A DNA stretch of 64,000 nucleotides, from assembly GCA_964234715.1 (NCBI GenBank), contig OZ174281.1; one strand, given 5' to 3'. The notes beneath the pieces are model-generated. The model searched no databases. It was not told the DNA's origin and saw nothing but the letters and a program-made list of their open reading frames with translations. Shown piece by piece: positions 24,289 through 38,461 of this stretch. The translations under genes and the position numbers were made by a program. This DNA is from Podarcis melisellensis. Taxonomy: Eukaryota. Each line of letters opens with the position of its first letter. Within the stretch, counting starts at the first letter, position 1.

Positions 24289-25559
24289 TGAAAGTTTTGT
24301 TTTTTTCTTAACAAAACCCTGCCATGTTGAGTAATAATAACTGACTGTGCTTTCCTTGATGGGGGGATAACTCATAATGGTGCAGCTGAATCACTACAAT
24401 CGTCAATGTATTTACAAATTCCAGTCTAGTATCTTGAAGCTAAAATATTTTTATATTGTAGTTCCTTTAATTGTACACTGATTCTGACATTTTAAACTGC
24501 ATTAAAGGGCATCATCTACAAATGTATCAAATCACTTCTAACAGACTTCGATTTGATAGTCCACTGAGAGAAAACTTGAGAGCATTCAATAGTGTCTCAA
24601 AATTTAAGTGGATAATGGACCTGTAGGAGAAGTTGATTTTTAGCATATCAATATGGTATCTAGCATGCCTCATTAATCAAGTAAATCAAATAATAAATTA
24701 TAGGGAAGACTCTCAGCCTAATTCAATATGATGCAAGACTCTTTAATGACTTTGCTTTAAAGTTAGACCTGTTGAAAAAGCTCTGAAATGGGGAACTACT
24801 TGTTGAGATATATTATGGATTTCTAGATTAATGTATAAGTAAGAACACGGTGGTATATTATTAGTAACTTACTGGATAATTTTCAGTGGATTTAAAAGTT
24901 TATGGAAAATGCTGACTCCAATATCCTGAAGCTGATGTGTTGCGCCATGCCCCCATGGCAGCCATTTTGTCATTGGGGCTCACAACACTCAAAATTTCAC
25001 ATGTCCACGGATCCAAAAAGGTTAGAAACCCTTGTGCTATGCCATACATCTACTAAAGAGCACAAAAATCCTTCAGTAGGAGACTTTCTAGGAACACTCC
25101 TGAGCCTCAAATATATACAAATGGCAAACCATTTGGCCTTAAACCCCTAGCCTAGTACAATCAGATAAGATGCAAGCAGAGGATTGGAAAACCATCATCA
25201 GCATTTATCATAATAAATTGGGGTTCACTCTACTTCCCCTGCCAGGTCACCAGCATTTATCATAATAGTGGAACCAGGGGAAACAGCTGTGTAGGAAGCC
25301 ACTCCCCCCCCACCTGCACCCCACAAATGCATTTATTCTTTATTGACAACTAATTTCAGGTTCAAAAACTTTACTTCAAATTATCTCCATCTGTTTAAGG
25401 CAGTTACCATTTCCAACAAGGGCTTGAGTTAGTCTACTACCTTTATTTATTCGAAAGAAAGACGATTTCCCCTGAAAAAGAACTCAACTCAAAGCACATC
25501 AAGAATACAGGGCAAAAAACTGCTCAGCTGTTTTTGTTGCTGCTTGTGTATTTGTTTCA

Positions 25560-25755
25560 GCACTTTTGATCTCTTTTGTTCTTAGATGCTTAGAAAGTTG
25601 AGGTAATTTTAATTTTTGTATTTTAGCTTTTGTATGTTTTAAATTATGGGTTTTTCTTGATTTTATAGTTTTATCTTTTTGTAAACCGCTTTGAGGGTTG
25701 TTGTTTTAAACAATCAAGTAAGTGTATAAATTTTATGAAATAAATAAAATAAATG
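25560..25755 (+). mobile_element. L2-type 3' end remnant
   Basis: T-rich 3'UTR, GTAAACCGCTTTGAGGG motif, AAATAAATAAA tail. Confidence 0.55.
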
Positions 25756-28700
25756 AATAGTTTTTCCAGTTTTGCAGTATCACTATATTCTTGCTAGTAT
25801 CCTTTTCGCTGTATAAGCAGCTCAGTAGTAATGTTGGACAAATAGAAAGTAGATAGTTACCTAAGCCAATGACCTAGTGTTTGGTTGTCATTTGAAGATG
25901 GCAATCCAAGTGAAGTAAACCTGGTAAAGTTGCTATGATTCCCCTTCTGCCTTATTCCCAATGTAGACCTCACTCACCAGCTTGTTTCTGAGGTAGATCT
26001 TCACTCCCCACTTGCTTCCGAGGTAGATCTTCTCTCACTCCTTCTTCCCTGGCGGGAGGCACCATTTTATGCTTCGCTTCAAGCACCAAAATGTCTTGGG
26101 CCAGGCCTGTACTATACTATACATAAAAGTTATCCAGTCTCACCTAAGCTTTGTTGAATTTTTGTTCAGTTCCCAACTTTGTTGGATACCTCATGTTTGC
26201 ATTACACCTTGCCATGTGATAGTGGCTATTCCCATTGCAGCTAGAGAACACTGTTTATGACGGTATGTTAACACGCTGCCGTTTGTGTCCTCCATGATAA
26301 GCCCCTACAGGCACTTGCAAGTCTTGCGATGAATTTAAACATTCCCCTCACAGACCTTTTAATGTTTGTATGAACACACACACCTATACCCAAGTGGTGA
26401 AAGAGAAGGAAGCTGACAGACATCAGCAGCTGAATATTTTCGCAGTGTGCAATTTGTTATTCACCACAGGGCTGCCATTCCCTCCCTTCTGAAGGCTCCC
26501 TACTTTCCCCTAGCCAAGTTGCTAAGCAACAGCTTGAGTCAACAATTGCCAACTGGGCTAGTGAAATGAAAGATTGGGGGGAGAAAAAGGACTCTGAAGG
26601 AGAAGGTTCCAACTTGTGAAGAGAATGATCCCGAAGCCTCAAGTAAAATACTTCAGAGAAAATGTGTGAGAGAATCTGGACTCCTGAGCCCGGACAGAGC
26701 TAGAGTAACATAAATTTAGGAGTATTTGACAGGCCCTCTCAGAGGCCCAGAGAGGCCTGACCCATTTTCAGCTTTTGTGGCCCCTAGCCACCACAAAAAA
26801 TTAAAATTATGACACTCAATAACAAAATAAGGCACACACAAAAAAGAGTGTGGTTTGTTTACATAATCAGTTGTTCTGAGAGGAATATTAATCACCTATT
26901 ACTGGGCCCTGTGTATTAGTATTTATGAACATAAAAACCTCTTGTGTTTTTATACTGCAAACCACTCTGTGATTCTCAAATGAACGGTGGTATATAAATT
27001 CAATATATAGGATGGTGATGATGGTGGTGATGATTGGACCAAATCTACATAAATGGACAAAAAAAAGTCTTTTGCCAAATTACACCTCTAATTTACTTCA
27101 ATCTGCAGCTCTGTGCTTTAAGAGAGTGTCACATTTGGGCTCAATGCACAAGTTATGAAATTTATCAAATGCCAACTAATTAACAAGTGTCTAAATCTGA
27201 GGTTTCCTTTGAGCTTCAGGCCCAGGAAAAGGACTTCTAACTGATTAACTGATGATATATTGAAATTCAAAAGTTAATGCTAAATATGTTATATCTAAAC
27301 CATGCTTGGCTTCTTCTTTTTGCAAACTGTTATAAACCAAACTCATTTTTCTTTACACTGTTTTGTTCCCTGTTTTTGGTGAAGCTTGTTGCTAAGGCTC
27401 TTGCACATCCTGAACATGGTTCAGTGGTAGATTCCACCCAGGGAGAATCTGTTAAAATTATATTAACCAGAGGAGTAGAGCAGAATTCTAACCCCATTAA
27501 AAGTAACCCCAAAGCTGATTCTGGAATACACTGGGTGTTGGGATTCAGACCCATTGTAGGTGCTAAACCTTGAGTCCAAGAGATGTTAGGCAAATTTTTT
27601 GTCTCCCTGATTTTCAAGGATCAGATCTGATGCAGAAGATAGAAAACTACCATTTTGCACAAATGGCACATCTGTGTTACATTTTCTCCTGCTTGCATTT
27701 GGTGCTGATGTGCAGTCTTATACAGCTCTGACCTGAAGGCTTGGGAAAAGCTAACAAAAGACCAAAGGGGGATGCAGTTACTGCTGTCTTCGCTGTCCTT
27801 CCACAGTTCCCTACAGCTGCTACTGGGCTCTGGTTATGGGGCAGATCTTTGTCTTGAGTTTGATGGTAAAAGTTCACTCCTAATTCAAAAAGCCTAATCA
27901 CAGTAAGAGTGAGCCCTAGAGTTGCAGTTCAGGTCTAAGTCCTACACCTGCCACTAGCTAGCCTTCCTGCTGCTCCTGCAGTTCCTTTGAAACAAACAAA
28001 GCACCCACAGAATATATTTCCCTTCAAGAAGGGATGGTCTGAGAAAGCTACAGTCCCATATTCCCTAGCATGACAGCCAGAGAGCATGGGATTTGTAATT
28101 TCTGCTGTACTATTACCAGTTCTATTTGAGAGACCAAATGAGCTACAAATTTCATGTCCTGGTAGGAAATTACACTCTCAGGATTACCATTTCCAGTTAA
28201 CAAGAGATTCAGCAATACCTTCGCTAACCTTAACGCACCCTTATTGACACTCGATAATCCCTCTTCTTAAAGGAAATGGGTTTTCACTACAGGAGAGTAA
28301 GATAAAAAGGAGAGGGATCCACTTGTTTTTTCAGCTCTTCTTTTGATCACTTATACACAAGCGCTCAAACACTCGCAATGAAAGCTCACAAAAACTTAGC
28401 TGAAATTGGGTCAAGACAAGATAATTTATAGGGATCATTTGATGCTTTCAGTGAACCATGTCAGATTCTTGAAAAATGTCTTGCCTGGGGTATTCTCAAG
28501 GAAGGTTGTGACTGGATCAGGAATGGATTTTACCTCTTTAAAGTTAAGTGCTCGATTTTCTAAAACCAAAACAGGGAAGTGTTATATAGCACTTTCAGTC
28601 ATATAAACTTAATCCATGTACCAAAGAGCCAAAACTCTATGAAGATAAAACTAATGTGTGGGTGTGAGGAACAGCAGCATAACTTAATAGTTTATCCTCC

Positions 28701-29493
28701 AAGATAATGACTCTCATGCTTTTCTGTTTCCCTACACAGCACCTAGGCCAAATGGTCCATTACTGAAGTAGCAACCACAACAAACATAGACCTTCCATCT
28801 GTTACAGTACTTACATTTGAAAACTGAAATAACTGTAGTGTAATTCAAAACAAAGTGTTCAGTTAATGTTTAAAAGTGCTTTGTGGGTGACAGTTGTTTC
28901 CAAGAATGACACATCTACCCCATGCCAAACTTCCTTGCACTTCGATGCAACAACATTTATATTGGTGCTCTGTAAACAATAACAATAACAAATGGAAATT
29001 CTGCTGACCATTTAAAATGTTAACAGTCTAGGCTACTGTATACATGATTTATGTTCTCCTATCATGTGTCCATTACTTGCAGGGAGCCAGAAGCAGTTCC
29101 AGATTTTTATTTTTAAAAAGAAACCAAAATCAGAAACAGGAAAGCTTATCCATCCAATTTTTCTACATTCAGATGCTCTTCTGAGCTCACCTCAAGCTGA
29201 ATGGAAAGGAGCTGTGTAAACATTGTCTCATCGGATTACTGTACAACTTTACCATTTTGTAGTACACCAAACTTCCAACAAGTAAGTTGCATTTCATCTC
29301 TAAATGCTGGTGACATACAGGTTTTCAAAATGGCCCTGGTAGCTTCTGAAAATCATGCCGAAACACTATTCAAAACCTGCAGCCTCCCTGTGTTTTGAGT
29401 ATCCCTTAGGGAAAATTAAATTCACACAAGTACATCTGCATGTTGGAATGTGGGTTAGGTGAATTTACACAGAATTGGGTTGTTTTCAGATTA

Positions 29494-29855
29494 AGGTAAA
29501 GGTAAAGGTACCCCTGCCCGTACGGGCCAGTCTTGCCAGACTCTGGGGTTGTGCGCCCATCTCACTCAAGAGGCCAGGGGCCAGCGCTGTCCGAAGACAC
29601 TTCCGGGTCACGTGGCCAGCGTGACATCGCTGCTCTGGCGAGCCAGAGCTGCACACGGAAACGCCGTTTACCTTCCCACTGGTAAGCGGTCCCTATTTAT
29701 CTACTTGCACCCGAGGGTGCTTTCGAACTGCTAGGTTGGCAGGCGCTGGGACCGAGCAGCGGGAGCGCACCCCGCCGCGGGGATTCGAACCGCCGACCTT
29801 TCGATCGGCAAGTCCTAGGCGCTGAGGCTTTTACCCACAGCGCCACCCGCGTCCC
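29494..29855 (-). mobile_element. Sauria SINE, full length, young subfamily
   Basis: About 7 mismatches to 19214-19577. 13-bp TSD TGTTTTCAGATTA at 29481-29493 and 29856-29868. Confidence 0.92.
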
Positions 29856-32679
29856 TGTTTTCAGATTACCTGTTTATTTGTTGTTCCTCCTGATTTGTTT
29901 GCAGGGAAATTCAACGACATTGAAAATGCATTCTGATTTGTTTTCAGGGATGGTTTTACATGAAACTGTAATGGAAATGCAGAATAACTTTGTATTGTGA
30001 GGAGTTTGTGCTGTACATGCCCTAGAACACTTTAATTAGCCAGCTGCATTTGTTATCTTTTTAAGATACCAGCTGATAAGTGGCTAATTTCTTGCTTAGT
30101 CACTGGCAGCTCTTAGGAGGGTTTCATAGCACTGGTGCCTAGTTTATGTTCATAAGATGTGAAAGGAGCTTGGAAATTCTACTCTGCAAACTTCAGCACA
30201 GAAGGTGCTATATTCTGGCCATTACAGGTGTTTGTCCATTGTTGCTTTTGAGAGAGATGTAAACTGTCTGTCTTTTGCTTTTAATTTGCTATTTGGTCCT
30301 TGTTTGTTTGTGGTTTTTCTCATCCTGCCCGTATATAAATCTGTCTATCAAGGATTAAAGTGTGCTCTTTATCTTGTCTGAATTAAAGCAAAAACAAAAA
30401 ACTCTTCTCTCAGCAGAACACAAGCAAATGTTATTCCACACTTTCCAATGCATTTTCTTATCACAAAAAGAGCAGAACTTTCATGTAAGAGCTCCCAATC
30501 AACTTCAATTGCAGAAACTTCATTTGCTGATATGTGATTGAATCATACCTGCAAACAGTGACAATCTGGAAATGCTCTTGGTCACGTGTCAAAATGACAG
30601 TGAGCTATATGCTTGCAGACTCATTCCCTCTTTTACCGCACCTTTGCCCTATAGCAATCTTGTTATATGAAATAGTCCTTGAACTTGCTTTTCCCCTAAC
30701 TTTTGAGAGAGATGGATTATTTCTGAGAAATTATACCTACAGTCAGTGCTTTTTTCTTAGAAAAATAGGTGCTGGTACTGACCGTGATGTTGTTACATTA
30801 AGTGCCACACTTTTTAACAACCAAAAAAGAGACGCCGGTACTCCATACAGTGGAATTTCCAAAAGAGGGCTAAAGTATACCTCCACCTCCTCTATTTCCC
30901 TTCCCTCTATTTCCTGTTGTTGGGGAAAGGGGGTGGTTTCCAACTGAAATGGGAACATTCTGCATCTGCTATCAACCATAGACTTAATTGATTCAAAGTC
31001 AGACACTCTTCCCCATTCCTGTCTCACTTCTTTTTCTGTATACGTACACACAGTTGTTACCAGCCTTCTGCAAGCACACAGGTCTTTGCCAAGCAATTTT
31101 CATGTGTATTTTAGTTTCTTTTTTATTTTAATTTATGAAGTTACATACCTATTATGCACTCAAGTCCCCTGAGTATGTAAAAAAACAAACAAACCCTTGT
31201 GTAGTCCTATTTCATTTCATTGAACCCTTTTGTGTAATCCCATTTCATCGGCAGTACACCGATAATGTACTTGTGTGGTTGAATGCCTGTTAGAGAGAAT
31301 AGACATAATAGGGACTGTAAACCTACATAATTTTTTTTTGTGCTTGTTTCCTCCACAAACATCTTTCAGTAAGGCATGTGTTGTAGTTCCAACTTTATAT
31401 TCTCAGAGTTGCTGTTCAACTCAAGAAACAACTTGTGTACAGATTGCAAGATTCTTACACATGCTGAAGCTTTCCAGATGTGTACATTCCATTCTGAATC
31501 ATATAAAAATGGTCTGTTTCATATTCAGGAAATTAGTTCTCAATTAACAGATCACTAATGAATCCAATCTCTAGTTGTCATGTCTTCACACACAAGTGCA
31601 ACTTTTAAAAAAGGATCAGAACTGGCCTGAATAATTATCCAGATTTGGGCTCCTGAAAGGTTCCCATGCAGTCTTGGGCTTCCATGGTGCTGCAGCTGAA
31701 GAGGAAGCAGTCAAGGATGAGAGGCAGGGGTGTGCTCCCCACTCTCAACAGCATTCCCAGCTGCTCTACCCTTGGATTGCAGATTTAGATGGCTGGAAGG
31801 AGTGTGAATTGGAGAGGGTGCCAAGGTCTGGACGAAATGACATTTGGCTCCCCACATCTGCACTAAATAGTAGTCCCTACTGAACACACTGAGAACTGAG
31901 ACATCTGAGTAAAGATGTAATGGATTGCACTGTAATACTGTTTATTCAGAATTAATCCCCATTGAAATGTGGGGATTACCATCCATGAAGGTGGTTTAAA
32001 TATTTACTTAAGTACACTTACTGTACTTCAAAGTGTGTCCATTTGAAATTAATGAGATTTCCTTGCTTTTTATGGAAGCTAATGTCAGGTGCACTACCCA
32101 CTAATGATATCCTTTGTATAAAGGGATAAATGCAGCACAGATGTCTGGGGCTTGATCAATGTAGGAAGTTGAGTGAGAAATAGTAACGGGGTCTACTGAA
32201 ATGGGTTTCCTGCCACTACCTTTCCTCAGTTTGAGCCAAACAGGCATATTATCTTACCCACCACTTCTGTTATCATTTGTAGGTCCCCTGTACTGTTAGA
32301 AAGTCCAGGAAGAGATCTTTTCACGTTTTTACTGATTGGCCATGGTGGGCAACTTTTGTACTTTCTTCAGGACACTGTTCTGGAGAGGGAGAAATTAATT
32401 TGCCTGATCTATGCTGTCACAACTATTGGTTCCAACTTCTGAGTTCAGTGAATGTTGCCCACCAGTTCAATGGGAGAAGGGAGCCCTACTTAAATGATAA
32501 TAGATGGCCCATTGGGAAGCATCCAGCTTCTCCTTGTGGTGCAGGAAGGCTTGGCCAAATAGAATGGCTAGAATTGAGCTGAAGACTCAGGTGTATTGTG
32601 GCAGGACAGTCAAGCCAACCTCACAGGAATTGCAAGTTGTCACACAGCTCTTCTCATTACTAGGATAGTTGTTGTTATG

Positions 32680-33480
32680 GTTCAAGTTATTATTTTGTTT
32701 TATTTTATTTAAGGTTTTATTAATTGGGAAAAGAAGGGGATACCAATATTTGAAGAATGGGCAGTTATAAACAAGGCAGGACAATAATAGTAGAATTAAA
32801 ATATAAGCATATATGTATATATACACATAAACATATACATATACAATATATGCATATAAAAGATCACATACAGATCGTTACAATAAAAAGATCACAGCAC
32901 CAGCCCTTTCCTTAAATGTAAGTGGTCCTAATAGAGAATAAATTCCAAAGGGCTGACTGAGCAAGCTGCTGATTCTGTAGGTTCACCCTATATGTATTTA
33001 AAAACAGTCATAAAAACAGGAAGAATAAAATTAAAAAATAATAAAATAAGAATCATGATGATAATAGAAATCTTAAAAAGAATGAATGGTGTAAAATATA
33101 TTCCATAGGGCCATATAAGGGTCATATTTCTACTATTTATACCCAATATTCATAAATGTTGCAAAAAAACCAACCCTCATATTTAGTGGAACTGTGCCAG
33201 CCATGAGATTGTTTGGTCATATAAATCACAAATGGCTCCCAAGCAGAGGTAAAGTCAGAGGAGCTGAAGATGTGCAGGCAGGCGCTGTGTAAGACCTTCC
33301 TATGTAAGTATTTGGTCACCATATTCAGAGCCAGGGAGGAAATTGCCTGCAGACAAATTGGGCCCATCTGGAGGTTTTGCCTACCCCATAATAATAGTCA
33401 CAACTTGTTGGCAGATAAGGCATTGGGTTGGATCCTTAGTCTAGGATCTCCTGGAGGGACTGCCCCTATTTGATGTATGT
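32680..33480 (-). mobile_element. degenerate L1-type LINE 3' end
   Basis: Minus-strand peptide ...ISSLALNMVT...DFTSAWEPFVIYM resembles the W.PF..Y C-terminus of non-mammalian L1 ORF2. It is followed by a T-rich 3'UTR and AATAAA-rich tail. Confidence 0.5.
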
Positions 33481-33591
33481 CATAAGGAGATCCTTAACTC
33501 AGGATCAACCCTGTAAAATAATCAAGCAGCAGTCTGATTGATTCAGGATACATACCAAATGCTTTCACTAAAGCCTACTTACATCTGTAAT

Positions 33592-33743
33592 CAGAGGTGC
33601 CAGTTTCTCCAAAGGATTGGGGAGTGGGGACACAATGTTGCATGACATCCTCGGAACAATGAGAGGGCCCAGCCCTCTCAAATATATATATATGTTTGGG
33701 GGCCCAAAACTGCCTCGGCCCCTAGCAGTCGGCACCTGTCACT
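33592..33743. mobile_element. hAT-like MITE remnant
   Basis: Inverted ends CAGAGGTGCCAG / GTCGGCACCTGT. Internal similarity to 50213-50386. Confidence 0.45.
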
Positions 33744-33747
33744 GTAA

Positions 33748-33960
33748 TAAATAAAGTTGTGGTCTATTCAAACCCAATATGTTTGTCTTGTAGGTTTGTT
33801 GTCTCTTCCCATGCTTTGGGCCTCACCGGCCACAGGTTCCCTGCACAAAGATGTGGCCTATTTAATTCCAGTATGGGGTCCATTTCTTTCTTAAAAAGCA
33901 TGTTCTCCTTCATGGAGAGCACGTGTTGCGATGGGGTCTGACAGGCCACCCCTCTGTTGC
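33748..33960 (+). mobile_element. fragment related to the element at 35086-35853
   Basis: Shares AATAAAGTTGTGG followed by a CCCA-containing segment and a GT-rich tract. Confidence 0.4.
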
Positions 33961-34479
33961 TGGGTGGGATCGTATAGATGGCCATAGCAGTGATTGGGCT
34001 GTTTGAGTTACTGGGGAAATTTTGATGTTGCCAATTTGTGGGATGGACCAAGGATTTTATATACAGAGCACGCAGCATTGAGCGTTCTCTTTCGCTGCAT
34101 GCACCAGCTCCATTTCTTTCTTACAATCAGCAACACTTCATTATTGCTATTGCATAATATGCATTGTTCTTGTGAGACAGTTGGAAAAACTGAACAGAAT
34201 ATGCAGGAAATGTAAAGGCCTAACATTACTATTGTTGGTTTCATGAATATATTCATTTATCCCTACTTTTGAGTGCCCCAGTGAGAAATGGCATTGTTGA
34301 ATACAATGTAGTGATTAGTGTGAACACTAAACCTAGTTGTGTAATAAACTGAGTATTATTTATATAAATTGTGACATTTTAAAAGAAGAGATTAAACTTC
34401 AATTTTCCCTTCGAAAGTAATGTAGAAACCTTAAAACTCAGTCTTAATGGAGGGGTTTTCTTTAGTACTTGTTTCACAG

Positions 34480-34880
34480 GAGAAAGCTGCTGCTAATGCT
34501 ATTACCAAGAGCAATAGTATCAAGGCTTCACCTTCCATCAACACATTGCATAATTAACTTATGGAATTCATTGCCACAAAATGTGGCAAGCAGCACTAGC
34601 TTAAATGTCTTTATAAATAATCCATATAGGTGATTTATTATTTATAATATAATGGCTTTAAAAAAGGATAAGATAAATTCATGGAGGACAGACATATCAA
34701 TGGCTGTTGGCCATGATGTAGCAGAATACTGAACAATTTGCGACCTGATTACCAGATGCTAGGATCAAGCAATATCTGATGGCTACTGCCATCATATCAC
34801 ACTTGTGGACATCTGTCTGGTCTCCATTTGAGACAAAATGGTAGCCTAGGTCTGATCAAGCAAAACAATTATTATTTTTA
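34480..34880 (+). mobile_element. old CR1-group LINE 3' remnant
   Basis: CATAATTAACTTATGGAATTCATTGCCACAA (WNSLP-like) and AAAAAGGATAAGATAAATTCATGGAGGA (F KK.LDKFMED-like). Confidence 0.6.
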
Positions 34881-35085
34881 TGGAGTATTATTTTCCATTT
34901 GTGAATAGTATCACCACACTCAAAGTCACCAATAACCTTGGCTTATCTTCCATTTTGCTTTTATTGTTAATCAGCATTAGCTTGTCTACATCATGTCGTG
35001 TTTTCTTGAGGGAGGGGGAAAAACTCCTGTAAGATTGTCTCCGTCTGAACAGCTAAAGACTCTCCTCCTGCAAGAGAGGGGAGTG

Positions 35086-35853
35086 GTTGTGGTTGGGAGC
35101 CGGACTCCGCCTCAAGCAGGGGCTAACGCCCCCTGCCTCCCACTCACCAGGCTGGCGCCCACACCCACGGGCAGGCACCCAACCAGGTGCCTGCAAGGGG
35201 GCGTGTTTAGCAGCCTAAATTGCTGCGGCAGCAGCCTTCCGGCTTCACTTTTCGTCGTCCCATCGCGAGTCACCTACCCTCCACTCCCTTAGAGCTCAGG
35301 GTCTCAGTTTTCTTTTGGCCTTGCTATGGACCTTAGGTTGGTCGCCCTGGTTGTCCGGGGGGCTTGGTAGGAATTTTTCCATTTGGCATTAGGCTTTTTG
35401 GTTTTTTCGCCTACCTCGTAGCAATCGTCACAACTTTCGTGCTATTGGTGGGTAGATTAGGCATTGGAATAATGTGTTGTGGTGTGTTGAAGGGCTAGGT
35501 GTGGCCATCGCCTGCGCCTTCAATTTTGGGTATTCCATTAAAGGAATCTGGCGGTCGTGTATTCTGTCCGATGCCTGCGTGGCGGGAGGCCATGGCACGA
35601 CCCTCGGTGACATCAGGGGAGAGCTTATAGTTGGATTAGCATCAACAGGCTCCACCTACTGGTGAATAAACCCCCCTGTTTTAGACTCACCCCTCTCTGA
35701 GGGGGTGGAGTCAGCTGATGTAATCCAATGCCTAAGCCAACCTTTTCACTTGCTGTAATCAATAAAGTTGTGGCCTTTTCTTGCCCATTAACCTTATATC
35801 ACATGTCCTTGTGTTTTCATTCCACTACGCGGGGATTGGGTCCTCGCACCACA
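35086..35853 (+). mobile_element. CpG-rich non-coding element with inverted termini and no TSD; possibly DIRS/Ngaro-derived
   Basis: Inverted ends TTGTGGT...ACCACAA, an internal inverted pair at 35451-35470 and 35721-35742, AATAAA at 35761. The class assignment is inference. Confidence 0.45.
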
Positions 35854-35899
35854 ACAACTTTTCCATACCTCACTTGTGCAGTGTAACTTTCCCCCAGAT

Positions 35900-36045
35900 T
35901 AGACTTTAATTAGACTTTAATCAGATTTTGACCTGTTTTCAGGAGGTAATTTAATTATTGTTTGATTTTATAGTAATGTTATATATCTGATGTTAGCCGC
36001 CCTGAGCCTGGGGAGGGCGGGATATAAATAAAAGTTTATTATTAT
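35900..36045 (+). mobile_element. L2-type 3' tail
   Basis: GATGTTAGCCGCCCTGAGCC...AGGGCGGGATATAAATAAAA followed by (TTA)n. Confidence 0.65.
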
Positions 36046-36245
36046 TAGCTGCTCACAGCACTTCCCTGGCTCATCCCTTGGACCTTGTCATTTACTTCTG
36101 ATTTTCCACTACCCTGGTTTCCATAAAGAACAAATTACTTGGGGGTTTTTTGTCTTTGAGTCATTCCAGGCTTCTCCAGTTTCGTCACCTGCTTAGCTGC
36201 AGCGTTAGGTGCTTTGCTAGACTGTAGTATTTCCTATAACACCAA

Positions 36246-36390
36246 CATGAGTGTAGCCAAGGGGGATGGGGGGCAGCTGCCCTCCCTAAATCAAGTAAAC
36301 AAATAAAAATACTTCACTGAGGTTCTGCCTCACTCCACCTAAAGCCTGCCCCCTCCCCCCCAAAAAAACCAAACCCTGGTTACACCCATG
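36246..36390. mobile_element. hAT MITE (CATGGGCGTAGCCAGG family)
   Basis: TIRs CATGAGTGTAGCCA / TGGTTACACCCATG. Degenerate 8-bp TSD AACACCAA / AATGCCAA. Confidence 0.7.
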
Positions 36391-38406
36391 AATGCCAACA
36401 GGGAAACCTCCAGTCGCCATGCCTTGCAGAGTAATCCCATGGTGCTGGTAGCACAGGTAGCGGCTAAGCCAGAGTTAATGCTGGTACAGCAATCACTAGC
36501 CTAAAGTTCAACATTTTGTACATGAGGCAAGAGAGAGACTGACCAGTCCTTTTACAGAGCCCTCCAGCCCTTCCCAAGATCCCACTAGAACCCTGAGAGG
36601 AAGAAGCTCCATGAGGTGCCAGGAAGGGGAATTGCCTCCACTGGCCATGGTAGCATCTGTCCCATCCCTCAATCCAACTCCTGTTTCAAGGCTTCACTGG
36701 AATCCTGAGATAGGACACCTGTGTGGGTTTTGAGAAAACAAGTGTTTACACTTTCCACTTTGTTATGAACCTTGGCAGTTTGGAGAAAGTGTCTTTTTTC
36801 ATAATTACCCACTAATGTACTCTGGGTTCTATGCAAATGAGAAAAGAGTGGTGTCATCCTATTCCTTGTTAGAAGATGCATCTGTCACTTTACTGAGTCT
36901 TGTATACCATGATTGGCTACAGAGTTATCAAGAATCCTATTTTCTGTTTTGACTATGAAGGGAGATGGAGGGGTGGGTGTCTCTCTGTGACTCCCTATGG
37001 TCTCCAGTGAGAGTGTTTATCCTTACGTCACCACTTCTGCAGGCATGATATTATGCCATTGCTTCAGATGGGAGCAAGTGATGAGAGGGTTCCAATTATT
37101 ATTATTATTTTATTTATTGGATTTATATACCGCCCTTTATCTGCAGGTCTCAGGATAGTTCGCTTTCATTCTTCCCTTGCCATGTCATCATTCATATCAC
37201 TTTTGGCCCTACTCCTAACAGGGAGTAAGCACAAGTGAATTCAGTAGGACTTAACTTCTAGTAGATATGGTTAGGAATTAACTGTAAGGCTGCAATCTTA
37301 TGCACACCTACTTGGGTTGGAAGCAACTTCCATTGAAGTCAGTGAGGATTATTTCTGAGTAGACATGTATAGGATGGAACTGGAGAGATTGATACACACT
37401 GGGAGGGGCTGCTTGGTTATATTAGTATTATTTACTTATTCTGGCATTATTGCCTTGTCTGCATCTCCAGTCTATCCATTGTATCTTTCTGTTATGGGTT
37501 TTTAAGGGGTGTGGGTGTGGCTGTGTTATACTAAACTTTGTCTAATGAGGCAACCTATATCTTAGGCACTATTAATGGTAACAGTTTGTTTTAATAACAA
37601 GTGTTTAAAAAAACCTTTATTTTATGTGGTATCTGATGGATCGTGTAAATTGTAGCATGTTTTTATCGTTTTCTCTAGGGACTAGTTGTTAAATCTAAAC
37701 AGTTTCCTCTGTGAACTAATTATCTGGTATAAGCAGCTGCCTTCAGTAATCTGGGAAAGTAGAAGCAGAGAGTGAGTTGTAGTAGTAATAGCAATGACAA
37801 TAATATATAAGTAGCTAGATGTTCAGATGGCTATGTGCTTAACTAACCAACAGAAGGGCATAATTTTTAAAATAACTGATTAAAGATGCTGCCACATTAA
37901 CTGCTTAACACTTAACTGCATTCACATAATAGAGATGTAACTTTAAAAAATGCTCTGAGCATCTCTCCAAAGACAACTAATGTATGTTTTCAGCTCACTT
38001 GGGATGCCTTTTATGAGATATAAACAAATTGGCACCATAAGGAGCTGAGTTTTATTGCTATCTCTCTGCTAACAATATCTTATTCCTCAGGGCTTCCCAT
38101 GCACCTTGAGACCAACATGAATTCAAATCCAATTAAGACAACTTTCAGTTTGCTGGTCTAAACAAATGAATGAAATCTCTCACTGTCCCCCAGTGGGTGT
38201 AAGGCTGCCCTCCAGTCCACTCCATAGGCTGTGCCTACTGGCCCACCCATGATTATATATTGTTTTATTTCTAGTAATATAAGTAAAGCCCTGCACCACA
38301 TGCTATGGAAGACGTTACTGTTCCACACACAGCAGCATAATCATTGTAGAGAATTCTGATGCAGCATTAAATTTCAATAATCTCTCATCACTCTTTTTGT
38401 TTCCAG

Positions 38407-38461
38407 GTTTGGCCATGTGAAGCATCCAAGCAATTTTTTCAATCCTTCTTGAAAAAGAAAG
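38407..38461 (+). CDS. candidate 55-nt internal exon, unidentified gene (VWPCEASKQFFQSFLKKK in the only open frame)
   Basis: Strong acceptor CTCTTTTTGTTTCCAG, weaker donor AAG|GTATAC, one stop-free frame, non-repetitive context. Confidence 0.35.
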
